A DNA stretch of 64,000 bases from an uncultured Chthoniobacteraceae bacterium (lineage in GTDB: Bacteria > Verrucomicrobiota > Verrucomicrobiia > Chthoniobacterales > Chthoniobacteraceae), in NCBI GenBank assembly GCA_964513965.1, contig CAZEOO010000005.1:42651-106650 (forward strand). Direction: 5' to 3'. Positions 1-9,043 of this stretch are shown piece by piece. Position 1 is the first letter of the stretch. Every line of letters begins with the position of its first letter. The notes beneath the pieces are model-generated. The model made no database searches. It was not told where the DNA came from and saw only the letters and a list, made by a program, of their open reading frames with translations. The position numbers and the translations under genes are program-made.

Positions 1-264
1 ATATTCGATAATACCGATCACCTCGATATTTCCCCGGCTCGATTTGAAGAGCGTTTGGGCGGAGTTGCCGCCATCGACCCGCACCAGGTCCACATCGGCG
101 CGAAAGCCGCCCGGCAAACGGGCCGCAATATGGGCGCGTCCATCGCCCGGCGCATCGGCCACCTCCAGGTTGGCCAACCGTTGGCAATACCCGCGCAAAT
201 CGGCCAGCTTTGCCTGGGCCGTTTCGCGCAACGCGGGCAGATGAAACGTTTTTTGAACCAGCAT
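1..264 (-). CDS. hypothetical protein, N-terminal 88 codons only (gene runs off the window start)
   Basis: ATG at 262-264 (minus strand) with an uninterrupted frame down to base 1 (MLVQKTFHLPALRETAQAKLADLRGYCQRLANLEV...). Third codon positions are GC-rich. It lies 75 bp downstream of bioD on the same strand. It is missing from the ORF track because no stop lies inside the window. No family recognised. Confidence 0.4.
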   Translation of the reverse strand, partial: MLVQKTFHLPALRETAQAKLADLRGYCQRLANLEVADAPGDGRAHIAARLPGGFRADVDLVRVDGGNSAQTLFKSSRGNIEVIGIIEY

Positions 265-339
265 GCCCCCTCCCCTTCTGTTTTACGGAAGGCGGGGGGA
301 AAACGGGCGTCCCGCTGGTCAAAAGAGGCGGAGAGGGTG

Positions 340-993
340 CTAGGGCGTGTTCAACCGCGTCTGCAAATTGGAGACATCCGCCGCGCTCAGTTCGGCCTGG
401 CCGGGAGCGACCTCGAAAAGCACGGGCTGGCCGAGCAGGTCTTCGAGCAATTCCCGGTTGGTGACGGCGGCGGGGTCGGCCTCGGGCTCCGCCCGGTTGA
501 AGACGATCCCGACCAATGGGAGCCCGCGCCGCTCGATGTCGCGTACGGTCAGGAGCGCGTGGTTAAGGGCTCCGAGGCGGTTGCGGACGACGAGCACGAT
601 GGGCAGCGCCATTTCGGCGGCCAGGTCGGCCACGAAGTAATCGCGCGTGATGGGGACCATCCAGCCGCCCACGCCCTCCACCAGCACGGAGCGGTGCGCG
701 GCGCGCAACCGCCGGTAGGCGGCCAGGACGGCGGCCACATCGGCGGGCCGGTGCTCCAGCTTGGCGGCGGCGTAGGGCGAGGTGGGCGAGTCGTAGCAAA
801 CGGGGTTGATCTCGTCGAGCGTGAGCGCGTGGTCGCACGCGGCTCGGAGCTTTTCCGCGTCGTCGCGGCTGCCGCAGCAGAACGGTTTCATGGGCGCGGT
901 GTCCAGCCCCGCCCGGCGCAGCGCGCGGACCAGGAGGGTCGAGACGTAGGTTTTGCCCGCGTCGGTGTCGATTCCGGTAACGAATAGATTCAT
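340..993 (-). CDS. bioD: ATP-dependent dethiobiotin synthase
   Basis: 217 aa with an ATG start. The N-terminal FVTGIDTDAGKTYVS phosphate-binding loop and the overall length are typical of BioD. Confidence 0.85.
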   Translation of the reverse strand: MNLFVTGIDTDAGKTYVSTLLVRALRRAGLDTAPMKPFCCGSRDDAEKLRAACDHALTLDEINPVCYDSPTSPYAAAKLEHRPADVAAVLAAYRRLRAAHRSVLVEGVGGWMVPITRDYFVADLAAEMALPIVLVVRNRLGALNHALLTVRDIERRGLPLVGIVFNRAEPEADPAAVTNRELLEDLLGQPVLFEVAPGQAELSAADVSNLQTRLNTP

Positions 994-997
994 AAAT

Positions 998-1351
998 TCA
1001 ACTGAAATGAAACGAAGGATTGGAGGCGATAACCAGCCCCACTCCAGTAAGTCCCAAGATCACTGAAGCAACCCGACTTGCCCGACTTTGAGGGGGAGCA
1101 TCAGCTTGAAGAACCAGATACGTCCGGCTCATCCAAAGTTGATCCCCAAGGTAGGAAGCAAACGCAGCCCCAATAAGAGCGCCACCCCATACGAAACATG
1201 AAAAATGCTCAGGGACCACCCCGGCGATTGGTTCCGAATACGGACGATCATCTGAAAGTCCGTAGATCGCCCCGAGAGAACATAAAGCGCCTGCAGGAAG
1301 GCCGAGTAAGCCTTGCAAAAACCAGGCAACCCAATCGGCTTTTTGTTTCAT
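998..1351 (-). CDS. small hypothetical membrane protein
   Basis: 117 aa with an ATG start. Several hydrophobic segments (WFLQGLLGLPAGALCSLGAIYG, VWGGALIGAAFASYLG, VILGLTGVGLVIA). Visibly lower GC than its neighbours. Its stop lies 4 bp from the bioD start. No family recognised. Confidence 0.45.
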   Translation of the reverse strand: MKQKADWVAWFLQGLLGLPAGALCSLGAIYGLSDDRPYSEPIAGVVPEHFSCFVWGGALIGAAFASYLGDQLWMSRTYLVLQADAPPQSRASRVASVILGLTGVGLVIASNPSFHFS

Positions 1352-1364
1352 ATTACGGCTTTAA

Positions 1365-1415
1365 ATAAAAACCCCGTTCCCCAACGGATCGGGGAACGGG
1401 GAAATCTTTTTGCGT
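1365..1415. terminator. bidirectional intrinsic terminator-like hairpin 3' of dnaN
   Basis: Perfect 11-bp stem CCCCGTTCCCC / GGGGAACGGGG (1372-1382 and 1391-1401) with an 8-nt loop. A/T runs on both flanks give a U-tract on either strand. Confidence 0.6.
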
Positions 1416-1432
1416 TTTTCTCGCCTGATTCC

Positions 1433-2527
1433 TTACGAAATCCGCATCGGCATGATGACGTAGAGGAACGGCCCTTGCATTTTGATCACGCCGGGGCTCA
1501 TTTCGTCGATGAGGTCGAGGTAGATCTCGTCCACGCTCAGGTTCTTGAGCGGGGCCATGAGAAACTCGGGGTTAAACGCGATGGCCATGTCCTTGCCTTT
1601 GTAGTTGATGGCCAGCGATTCGTGCGCTTCGCCCACGTCCGGGGTGTTGGCGGCGATTTCCAGGTTGTTCTTGTTGAAAACCAGTTTGACGGAGTTGCTC
1701 TTCTCGCTGGAGAGCAGCGAAACGCGGTGCACGGCGTCGTGGAAGAGGGCGCGCTCCAGGGTAACGCGCTCTTTGGTTTCCGCCGGGATGACCTGCCGGT
1801 AGTTGGGGTAGTTGCCCTCGATCAACTTGGTGACGAGCAGCGTGCCGTTGACTTCGAAGGCGGCCTGGTTTTCGCCGATGCTTACTTTGATGTCGCCGTC
1901 GTCGGCCAGGAGGCGCTGAATTTCGCCGATGGCCTTGGCCGGGATGATGACGTCGCCTTCGTGGCTGCGCGGGAATTCGAGTTCGATGTCCACGAGGGCC
2001 AGGCGGCGGCCGTCGGTGGCCACCAGCGTGAGCTTGTTGTCGCGGAAGGAGAAGAGGATGCCGTTGAGAACGTAGCGCGTCTCGTCGGTGGAGATGGCGT
2101 ACGAGGTCTTTTTGAGCGCCTCGCGCAGGTCCTTCTGCCGCAGGGTGAAGGTCTTCGCGTTTTCAAATTTCGGAAGCGGAGGGAATTCCTCTTCGGGCAG
2201 ACCGAGGATTTTGAAGAAGCTGGGGCCGCTGCGGATGGAGGCGACGTTCTTGGAATCGACTTCCAGGGTGATGTCGCTGGCGGGAAGTTCGCGCACGATG
2301 GAGAGCAGGCGCCGGGCGGGCAGCGTGGTGGCGCCGGGCTTTTCAACGGTCACTTCCACCGCCGAGCGGATGCCCACGTCGAGGTCCGAGGTGGTGAACC
2401 GCAATTGGCCGTCGGCGGCTTGCAGCAGGACGTTGGAAAGGATCGGCAAAGTGGTGCGGGTGCTGACCACGTTTTGAACGGTTTGCAGACCTTCGAGGAG
2501 TTTCTCTTTGCTAACGCTGAACTTCAT
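1433..2527 (-). CDS. dnaN: DNA polymerase III subunit beta (sliding clamp)
   Basis: 364 aa. The N-terminus MKFSVSKEKLLEGLQTVQNVVSTRTTLPILSNVLL and the three-domain length are classic for DnaN. It lies immediately downstream of dnaA. Confidence 0.95.
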   Translation of the reverse strand: MKFSVSKEKLLEGLQTVQNVVSTRTTLPILSNVLLQAADGQLRFTTSDLDVGIRSAVEVTVEKPGATTLPARRLLSIVRELPASDITLEVDSKNVASIRSGPSFFKILGLPEEEFPPLPKFENAKTFTLRQKDLREALKKTSYAISTDETRYVLNGILFSFRDNKLTLVATDGRRLALVDIELEFPRSHEGDVIIPAKAIGEIQRLLADDGDIKVSIGENQAAFEVNGTLLVTKLIEGNYPNYRQVIPAETKERVTLERALFHDAVHRVSLLSSEKSNSVKLVFNKNNLEIAANTPDVGEAHESLAINYKGKDMAIAFNPEFLMAPLKNLSVDEIYLDLIDEMSPGVIKMQGPFLYVIMPMRIS

Positions 2528-2632
2528 AAAAGGTGGAACTTGGGGATATGGTGTGGGCTTAGGGACGAGCCCGGCTTTCTACTTGAACCCGGTGTTACGG
2601 ATGAAAGGCAATCCCGGGGCAAGTGTCAATGT

Positions 2633-4030
2633 CTATCGGTTAAGTTGACTATCTAAAAATGAAACAGTCTGGCGCACTTTGTCGTCGCCGGTCATGCGCT
2701 CTTTAACCAGGCGGCAGGCGTGCAGCACGGTGCCGTGGTCGCGGCCTCCGAAGGCGTCGCCGATCTCGCTCAGCGAGGTTTTGGTTAACTCGCGCGCCAG
2801 ATACATGGCCACCTGCCGGGGAAAGGCGATGTTGGCGGGACGGCGCTTGCTGGTCATATCAGCGAGACGCACGTCGTAGTGCTCGGCCACTTTGCGCTGG
2901 ATTTGCTCGATGGTGATGGCTCGACGGGCTTCCTCCTGGAGGATGTCTTTGAGCAAATGTTCCACGGTGTCCGGCGTCAGTTCCCGGCCGCTCAAGGAGG
3001 AGAAGGAGGCCACGCGCATGAGCGCCCCTTCCAGCCGCCGCACGTTGGTTTTGATGCGTTCGGCGAGGAACTCAAAAATGGAGGGGTCGAGCTTGATGTT
3101 CAAGCCCTGCGCCTTCTTGCGCAAGATGGCCACGCGGGTTTCGATGTCCGGCGGCTGCAACTCGGCGGTGAGCCCCCATTCGAACCGGGAGACCAACCGG
3201 CCTTCGAGGTTCTGGATTTCGCTCGGCGGGCGGTCGCTGGAAAGGATGATCTGTTTGTGGCCGTCGAAGAGGGTGTTGAAGGTGTGGAAGAACTCTTCCT
3301 GGGAACGCTCCTTGCCCGCGAGGAACTGGATATCGTCGATCAAGAGGACGTCGGCCTGCCGGTACTTGTTGCGGAAGCGCACCAGTTTGCCGTTCTGGAT
3401 GGCGTCGATGAACTCGTTGGTGAATTTTTCACTCGAAAGATAGACCACCTTCCCCCCTTTTTGCGCGGAGAGGACATGCTGGCCGATGGCGTGCATCAAG
3501 TGGGTTTTGCCCAGCCCCACCCCGCCGTAGAGGAAGAAGGGGTTGTAGGTTTTGGCCGGGTTCTGGGCCACGGCCAGCGCGGCGGCGTGGGCAAACTGGT
3601 TATTCGTGCCGACCACGAAGGAATCGAACGTATTGCGCGGGTTAAGCCCGTTGGCGGGCGTTTTCTCTCCCGAGGCGGCCGCCGGAGTGGCGCGCCGGGA
3701 GGTCGCTTTCGGTTCGCTCCCGGGCTCGCTCCCGGGTTCACTCTGGCTTTCCAGCGCCGGTTCCTCTTTTTCGGGAAGCACGTCGGCGATGGTGAAGTTG
3801 ACCTTGCGCGGGCTGCCCAGCACTTTGAGCAGCGCGCTTTGGAGGAGGCCCATGTAGTTGGTCTCGATCCAAAGCTGGTAAATGTTGTTGGGCACGCGCA
3901 GGGTGATCTGCGCTTCGTCCGCGGAAAGCAGGGCGATGGCTTTAAACCAACGCTGGAACGTATCGCCGCTGACCTCGGGCTTAATGGCGTCGGCGATGTG
4001 CTTCCAAATCAGGGCGAAATGGTCTTCCAT
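2633..4030 (-). CDS. dnaA: chromosomal replication initiator protein DnaA
   Basis: AAA+ Walker A ([15 protein letters not shown]), Walker B (LLIDDIQF) and the C-terminal DnaA signature ([30 protein letters not shown]). The ORF track starts at a GTG at 4045. I prefer the ATG at 4030 (MEDHFALIW...) because a perfect DnaA box covers 4038-4046. Confidence 0.95.
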   Translation of the reverse strand: MEDHFALIWKHIADAIKPEVSGDTFQRWFKAIALLSADEAQITLRVPNNIYQLWIETNYMGLLQSALLKVLGSPRKVNFTIADVLPEKEEPALESQSEPGSEPGSEPKATSRRATPAAASGEKTPANGLNPRNTFDSFVVGTNNQFAHAAALAVAQNPAKTYNPFFLYGGVGLGKTHLMHAIGQHVLSAQKGGKVVYLSSEKFTNEFIDAIQNGKLVRFRNKYRQADVLLIDDIQFLAGKERSQEEFFHTFNTLFDGHKQIILSSDRPPSEIQNLEGRLVSRFEWGLTAELQPPDIETRVAILRKKAQGLNIKLDPSIFEFLAERIKTNVRRLEGALMRVASFSSLSGRELTPDTVEHLLKDILQEEARRAITIEQIQRKVAEHYDVRLADMTSKRRPANIAFPRQVAMYLARELTKTSLSEIGDAFGGRDHGTVLHACRLVKERMTGDDKVRQTVSFLDSQLNR

Positions 4031-4037
4031 AACTATT

Positions 4038-4046
4038 TTATCCACA
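4038..4046 (+). promoter_or_regulatory. DnaA box, perfect consensus TTATCCACA
   Basis: Exact 9-mer read directly from the sequence, 8 bp upstream of the preferred dnaA ATG. Confidence 0.6.
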
Positions 4047-4307
4047 CTTATTGCAACCCCGCCTGAATCGGGAAAATGCCGAGCCGCAAGCCCTGAATTT
4101 CACCTAAAAACGACCGATTTCCCTTAAAAAGACGGCCGGCGGCCTGCCGGAACGCCCGGGTGGAACAAACAGCCAAGTTGCTGTTTTTGAGCATGTTACG
4201 AAATTCGATCTTGTGGAACCGGCTTTTCATGCCCGTTCCACGCTCCGATCGAACGCAAAAGTCCGTATTCAAAAGGATTTCAGAGTAGGAGGGCATTTTC
4301 TTCGCTT

Positions 4308-4327
4308 TTGTTCACAAGTTATTCACA
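4308..4327 (+). promoter_or_regulatory. tandem DnaA-box-like 9-mers
   Basis: TTGTTCACA (4308-4316, 7/9) and TTATTCACA (4319-4327, 8/9), in the same orientation and 2 bp apart. Confidence 0.4.
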
Positions 4328-4407
4328 AGCAAGGTGTCTCTCGCTCGCCGTGCGGCGTGAGATTAGTGACGTGCGCCCCTCCGGGACAAGAAAAAAGCCC
4401 GGTGAAG

Positions 4408-4425
4408 GTGGAAAAAATTTTCCAC
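4408..4425. promoter_or_regulatory. near-palindrome holding two inverted DnaA-box-like 9-mers
   Basis: GTGGAAAAAATTTTCCAC. The arms read TTTTCCAC on each strand (7/9 against TTATCCACA). Confidence 0.3.
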
Positions 4426-4456
4426 TCAGGAGTGGGCGCGGGCCGCCAGCGGAGGA

Positions 4457-5392
4457 TCACCCCTCCCTGGCCAACGCCTCCCAAAGTTCCTTTGCCTTGG
4501 GGGAGAGCGTCTTAGGGATTTCTACCGTCAGGGTCACGTAAAGATCCCCCCGGCCGCCCTCGGCTTTGGCGAGTCCCCTGCCCTTGAGCCGGAACCGCTG
4601 CCCGGGCTGGCTGCCCGGCGGCACTTTGAGGTGGGCGGAGCCTTCCATGGTGGGCACCGTGGTCTGGCCTCCCAGGACGAACTGCCAGGGAGGGAGTTCC
4701 TTTTCGTGGACGAGGTTGGCCCCCTCGACCTGGAAATCCGGGTGCGGCGCGAGGCGCACGTTCAGGTAGAGATCGCCCGCCGGGCCGCCGTGGACGCCCG
4801 CTTCTCCCTGGCCGCCGAGGCGGATGCGCTGCCCGGCGTGGACTCCGGCGGGGATGGCCACTTCGTAGGTTTGAGGCCGGTGCCCCTGGCGCTGGAAGGT
4901 GATCTTGCGGCGCGCGCCGTGCAGGGCTTCCTCCAACGTGACCGCGAGGTCTGCCTCCACGTCCACGCCCCGGCTTGCCCCGGCGGCGCGGCCCTGGGCG
5001 AACGGGTTGGCGTGGCGGCCGCCGGAACCGAAAAACGCTTCGAAGAAGTCGCTGAAGCCGGTGCCGCCGAAGTTGAACTCGAAATCCTCGCCGCCGTAGG
5101 AAGGCCCGGTTCCGGCCCCGGGCCGGGCCTGCTGGTGCCAGCCGGGAGGCGTTTGCGCCCCGTGCTCCCAATCCGCGCCCAGGGTGTCGTAGCGGCGGCG
5201 TTTTTCCGGGTCGCCCAGGACTTCGTAGGCTTCGTTGATTTCCTTAAACCGCTCGGAAGCCGCGGCCCGCTCCTTCGGCTTAACCATGTCCGGGTGGTGG
5301 GTGCGGGCCAGCTTGCGAAAAGCACTCTTTATCTCGTCCTGGCTGGCGGTCTTGGCCACGCCCAGGGTTTGATAGTAATCCTTGAACTGCAT
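4457..5392 (-). CDS. cbpA: J-domain co-chaperone, CbpA-like (J domain plus DnaJ C-terminal domains, no zinc finger)
   Basis: KDYYQTLGV...HHPD J-domain motif and a DnaJ-type C-terminal beta domain, with no CxxCxGxG repeats. The internal ATG at 5392 (MQFKDYY) is preferred over the track start at 5452. Confidence 0.75.
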   Translation of the reverse strand: MQFKDYYQTLGVAKTASQDEIKSAFRKLARTHHPDMVKPKERAAASERFKEINEAYEVLGDPEKRRRYDTLGADWEHGAQTPPGWHQQARPGAGTGPSYGGEDFEFNFGGTGFSDFFEAFFGSGGRHANPFAQGRAAGASRGVDVEADLAVTLEEALHGARRKITFQRQGHRPQTYEVAIPAGVHAGQRIRLGGQGEAGVHGGPAGDLYLNVRLAPHPDFQVEGANLVHEKELPPWQFVLGGQTTVPTMEGSAHLKVPPGSQPGQRFRLKGRGLAKAEGGRGDLYVTLTVEIPKTLSPKAKELWEALAREG

Positions 5393-5562
5393 TTGCCACC
5401 GATCATAGCACCGCGCGCCGGTTGCGCCAGCACAAGAGCGCGCCAAATCCAATACTCCAGCGCCGGACTAGGGTTTTCCCCGCCCATCCGCCGATCCAAC
5501 CGGATGCTTGACTTCAAGCCGGACCTCCTTACGGTTGTGGCAAAATTTTCTTGAGAACACCT

Positions 5563-6525
5563 ATGGAATTCCGCGCACTGGCCATCTTTGCCCTCACTGT
5601 TGCCTTCTCCGTTGTCCTCCCCGGCGCTCCCGCGTGCGCGGAAGAGCAGGTGCTTGACGGGGTGGCGGCGGTCGTCAATGGCGAGGTCATCACGTTCTCG
5701 CAAGTCCGCGAACTGGTGGTGGACCGCGAAATGGCGCTGCGGCAATCGCTCCAGGGCCCGGCGCTGGAACAGAAAGTGAAGGAGACGCGGCTGAGCGCGG
5801 TCAACGATTTGATCGACCGGCAGCTCGTGCTCCAGGAGTTCTCGAAGAACAAGTTCAACATTCCCGCTTACGCGGTGGACGACCACATCAACACGATCAT
5901 CCGCGAGCAGTTCAAGGGGGACCGGCTGGCCTTGATTCGCACCCTGCAAGCCCAGGGCTACACGCTCCAGCGGTTCCGCAAGGTGGAGACGGACAAGATG
6001 ATCGTGCAGGCCATGCGGCAGCGGTCCGTGAAGGTGGACCCGATCCTCTCCCCCTCCATCGTGGAAAAATATTACCAGGAACACGTTGCCGATTATTCCA
6101 CGCCCGAGCAGATCAAGCTGCGCATGATCGTGCTGCATAAAGACACCACCGGCTCCAAATCGCTGGCCGAGGAGTTGCGCAAGAAAGTGCAGGACGGCGC
6201 GGACTTCGCCAGCCTGGCCCAGATGTATTCCGAGGATTCCTCCAAGGATAGCGGCGGCGACTGGGGCTGGATCGAACGTTCGACCCTGAACGAATCCCTT
6301 TCCGGCCCCGCCTTCGCGCTGAAACCGGGCCAGGTGAGCAAGATCGTGGAACTGGGCAACAATTACTACCTGCTCTTTATGGAAGCGCGCAAAGCCGCCG
6401 AAACCAAGCCGCTCGCGACTGTCCGCGACGAGGTGGAGAAAAAGGCGCTGCAAGCGCAACGGCAGGTCGCGCAGGAAAAGTGGATCAAGGGGCTTCGCGA
6501 AAAGGCCTATATCCGCATCTTCTAG
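5563..6525 (+). CDS. periplasmic chaperone / peptidyl-prolyl isomerase, SurA-like (one parvulin domain)
   Basis: Signal peptide MEFRALAIFALTVAFSVVLPGAPACA, a SurA_N-like segment VLDGVAAVVNGEVITFSQV, and a parvulin domain (...GGDWGWIERSTLNESLSGPAFALKPGQVSKIVE). The track start at 5551 is a TTG; the ATG at 5563 is preferred. The surA-pdxA adjacency matches E. coli. Confidence 0.75.
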   Translation: MEFRALAIFALTVAFSVVLPGAPACAEEQVLDGVAAVVNGEVITFSQVRELVVDREMALRQSLQGPALEQKVKETRLSAVNDLIDRQLVLQEFSKNKFNIPAYAVDDHINTIIREQFKGDRLALIRTLQAQGYTLQRFRKVETDKMIVQAMRQRSVKVDPILSPSIVEKYYQEHVADYSTPEQIKLRMIVLHKDTTGSKSLAEELRKKVQDGADFASLAQMYSEDSSKDSGGDWGWIERSTLNESLSGPAFALKPGQVSKIVELGNNYYLLFMEARKAAETKPLATVRDEVEKKALQAQRQVAQEKWIKGLREKAYIRIF

Positions 6526-6535
6526 AAAGGGCGCG

Positions 6536-7423
6536 ATGGACCCCCTTGGCACGATTGGCATTACCCTTGGCGATCCCGCCGGGGTGGGCCAGGAGATCAT
6601 TCGCGCCGCGCTGGATTCCCCCGCGCTGGACCGCCGCTTCCGTTACCGCGTGATCGGCGATGCCACCGGAGCCGTTCCCGGCCAGCCGACCCCCGCCACG
6701 GCGCGCGCGGCCATCGCGGCGCTGGAGAAGGCCGCCCGGCTGGCGCAGACGGGCGAGATCGACGCCATCGTCACCGGCCCCATCGCCAAAGTCCGCATGC
6801 AGGCCGAGGGATTCGCGTTTCCCGGCCATACGGAATTTTTCGCGGCCCGCGCGGGCGTGCCAAATTTCGCGATGCTTTTGACCTGCCCGAAATTGACCGT
6901 CGCGCTGGTCACGATCCACGAAGCCATCGCCGACGTGCCCCGGCTCGTCACCGCGCCGGAGATCGAGCGCGTGGGCTCGCTGCTGGCGGATTATTTGCGC
7001 CTGCGCGTGGGCAACTCCCGGCCGCCGCGCGTGGCCGTGGCCGCCTTGAACCCGCACGCCGGGGAAGGCGGAGCCATGGGGCGCGAGGAGATCGACACCA
7101 TCGCCCCCGCCGTTTTAAGCCTGGCCGAACGCTGGCGGGGCCGGGCGGAATTCAGCGGCCCTTTTTCGCCCGACACGCTCTTTTTCCGCGCCGTGAGTGG
7201 AGAATTTGACGGCGTGCTCTGCATGTACCATGACCAGGGGCTCATCCCGCTGAAACTGCTGGGCTTCGATGACGGAGTGAACGTCACCCTCGGGCTGCCC
7301 TTCGTGCGCACGAGCCCGGACCACGGCACCGCGTTCGACATCGCGGGCAAACACCTCGCGCGCCCCGAGAGCATGGCCGCCGCCCTGCGCCTCGCCGCCG
7401 AACTCGTGGCCGCGCGGAAATAA
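6536..7423 (+). CDS. pdxA: 4-hydroxythreonine-4-phosphate dehydrogenase
   Basis: Motifs GDPAGVGQEI, FPGHTEFF, LNPHAGEGG, MYHDQGLIPLK and TSPDHGTAFDIAGK are diagnostic of PdxA. Confidence 0.9.
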   Translation: MDPLGTIGITLGDPAGVGQEIIRAALDSPALDRRFRYRVIGDATGAVPGQPTPATARAAIAALEKAARLAQTGEIDAIVTGPIAKVRMQAEGFAFPGHTEFFAARAGVPNFAMLLTCPKLTVALVTIHEAIADVPRLVTAPEIERVGSLLADYLRLRVGNSRPPRVAVAALNPHAGEGGAMGREEIDTIAPAVLSLAERWRGRAEFSGPFSPDTLFFRAVSGEFDGVLCMYHDQGLIPLKLLGFDDGVNVTLGLPFVRTSPDHGTAFDIAGKHLARPESMAAALRLAAELVAARK

Positions 7424-7439
7424 AAGGAGCGTTTTTTCC

Positions 7440-8216
7440 ATGACCAAGTTCGGCCGCGCCCTCTTCACCCAACTCGCCGGGCTGGCCCTGCTGGGAGTGG
7501 TCATCATCGGCCTGGCGAGACTCCTGCCGGTAGTGGAATGGATCACGCAAGCCCAAGAGCGCCTGGCGCAAATGCAGTTTTGGGGCGCGGTGCTTTACCC
7601 CTTCCTCTTCGCCGCCTGCAACATTCTGCTGCTGCCCGGCGGCGTCATCGCCATGGGGGGCGGGCTGTTTTTCGGCCTTTGGTGGGGCACCTTCCTGGTG
7701 CTTGTGGGCAATCTCATCGCCGCCGCGTTCGCCTTTGGCGTGAGCCGCTGCCTGGGTCGCGCGTGGCTGGAGCGCAAATTTGGCGGGAGCCGCCGCTGGC
7801 GCGCGCTCGACGCCGCCGTGGCCAAGCAGGGCTGGAAGATCATCTTCCTAAGCCAGGTGCACCCGCTCTTCCCCACCAGCCTACTCAATTACCTTTACGG
7901 CGTCACCAGCATCCGCTTCGGCACGTGCCTGTTTTGGATCGCCCTGGGGCAGCTTCCCGGTCTGTTCCTTTACGCCTACCTGGGAACGCTCGCGCAGTTG
8001 GGCATCAAGCTCGTGAAGGGCCAGACGCACCCTTTCCTCCACGAATACGCCGTCTGGCTGGGCGGCCTGGGGCTGACGCTCGCCGTCACCACGGCGCTGG
8101 CGCGGATTGCGCTGCGGCTGCTGGCCGAGGTGGAGCGGGAGGCCGAGGATGAAAAACCCACCACGCCGGACGCCCCGGGAGTTCCAGATGAGGGAACCGC
8201 TTCCGAAGTGGTTTGA
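7440..8216 (+). CDS. TVP38/TMEM64 (DedA-related) family membrane protein
   Basis: 258 aa, multi-pass membrane protein. LLPGGVIAMGGGLFFG and RCLGRAWLERKF resemble the SNARE-associated/TVP38 family. Confidence 0.7.
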   Translation: MTKFGRALFTQLAGLALLGVVIIGLARLLPVVEWITQAQERLAQMQFWGAVLYPFLFAACNILLLPGGVIAMGGGLFFGLWWGTFLVLVGNLIAAAFAFGVSRCLGRAWLERKFGGSRRWRALDAAVAKQGWKIIFLSQVHPLFPTSLLNYLYGVTSIRFGTCLFWIALGQLPGLFLYAYLGTLAQLGIKLVKGQTHPFLHEYAVWLGGLGLTLAVTTALARIALRLLAEVEREAEDEKPTTPDAPGVPDEGTASEVV

Positions 8217-8253
8217 TAAAAATGCGCCGAGACTTGGAAATTTTTGCAGTTTT

Positions 8254-8281
8254 TTGACACGAATCTCCCTTGTGCTATGAT
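8254..8281 (+). promoter_or_regulatory. sigma70-like promoter (TTGACA-N16-TATGAT)
   Basis: -35 TTGACA at 8254-8259 and -10 TATGAT at 8276-8281, 42 bp upstream of the ORF at 8323. Sequence pattern only. Confidence 0.35.
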
Positions 8282-8322
8282 AAAGGGAAACAGCAAGCCC
8301 ACCCCCGCTTCAACTCTGTGAC

Positions 8323-8703
8323 ATGTCCGGTTTTGCACCCTTGACGCGACATTTGCAGCCCGCCCTTTTCCTGGATTATGGCGCGGATGCCATCGACGGC
8401 GAAACCGCTGCTTGCGAAATCTGCGAGCGCGGCATGCGCTTCCGCGCACCGTGGCGGTTCGATCTCGGGGCCATGCTGAACATCGCCTTCGCCTTCAAAG
8501 ACGGGGACTCGCGGCGCATTGAAGCCGAGGGGCTTGTGGTGGATTGCGCCAAAGACGAGACAGGGATTTACCAGACCACGCTGGCTTTCCTCGAAGCGCC
8601 CCGGCAGCTCCGCGAGTGCCTGGGCAAAGTTTCCTGCCGCCTGGAATGCTCCGGGCGCAAGGAAGGCGACCCCCTGGCCGCAAACCCGGCGAGCCGCCGC
8701 TGA
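8323..8703 (+). CDS. hypothetical protein (126 aa), possibly a degenerate PilZ-like fold
   Basis: ATG start and coding-like composition. EICERGMRF loosely resembles the PilZ DxSxxG region, but no RxxxR motif is present. The family assignment is not secure. Confidence 0.45.
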   Translation: MSGFAPLTRHLQPALFLDYGADAIDGETAACEICERGMRFRAPWRFDLGAMLNIAFAFKDGDSRRIEAEGLVVDCAKDETGIYQTTLAFLEAPRQLRECLGKVSCRLECSGRKEGDPLAANPASRR

Positions 8704-8748
8704 TCGACGCGAAACGGCGCGAAATCACCTCGCGGCGCGGGGAAAAAA

Positions 8749-8822
8749 TCGGGGCGACTGGATTCGAACCAGCGACCTCATGGTCCCAAACCATGCGCTC
8801 TACCAAGCTAAGCTACGCCCCG
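8749..8822 (-). tRNA. tRNA-Pro (anticodon TGG)
   Basis: Manual cloverleaf: acceptor CGGGGCG/CGCCCCG, anticodon stem CATGG/CCATG with loop TTTGGGA, T-arm GCTGG-TTCGAAT-CCAGT. CCA is not encoded. Confidence 0.9.
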
Positions 8823-9043
8823 GAGAAGTCGTCGGCCCAGGGATAATCCTGGATTTTCGCCGACCGCGCTTACTATGACCGGCGCAGCCCAGACGGCAAG
8901 CAAATATGGCCAGCCGGGGCTGCCGGGGGGCAATTAGGATAACGTGCTCACCTGCAAAGGGTTTGTTCGCGCGAGCGGCGGCTCATAAAAACCGCACAAA
9001 CCCATGGGCACACGGGCCCGGGTTTCAACCCCGCACACCCCTA

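Larger units (their letters stand above)
4031..4456. other. candidate chromosomal origin (oriC) / dnaA promoter region
   Basis: Non-coding gap upstream of dnaA. It holds one perfect and four degenerate DnaA-box 9-mers plus A/T-rich runs (about 4095-4130). The only ORFs here are short and implausible. Confidence 0.45.

Noticed and set aside
2528-2632. The dnaA-dnaN intergenic spacer as the replication origin.
   Set aside because: It is only 105 bp, and I found no DnaA-box-like 9-mers or AT-rich unwinding element. The region upstream of dnaA is the better candidate.
4048-4296. The 82-aa minus-strand ORF inside the candidate oriC.
   Set aside because: It has atypical composition, overlaps the DnaA-box region and matches no family. 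Origin regions commonly contain such chance ORFs.
8495-8878. ORFs 8495-8806(-), 8519-8878(+) and 8544-8846(+) around 8.5-8.9 kb.
   Set aside because: They overlap the tRNA-Pro gene and/or the 8323-8703 ORF, and they have Arg/Pro-rich composition. They are most likely spurious.
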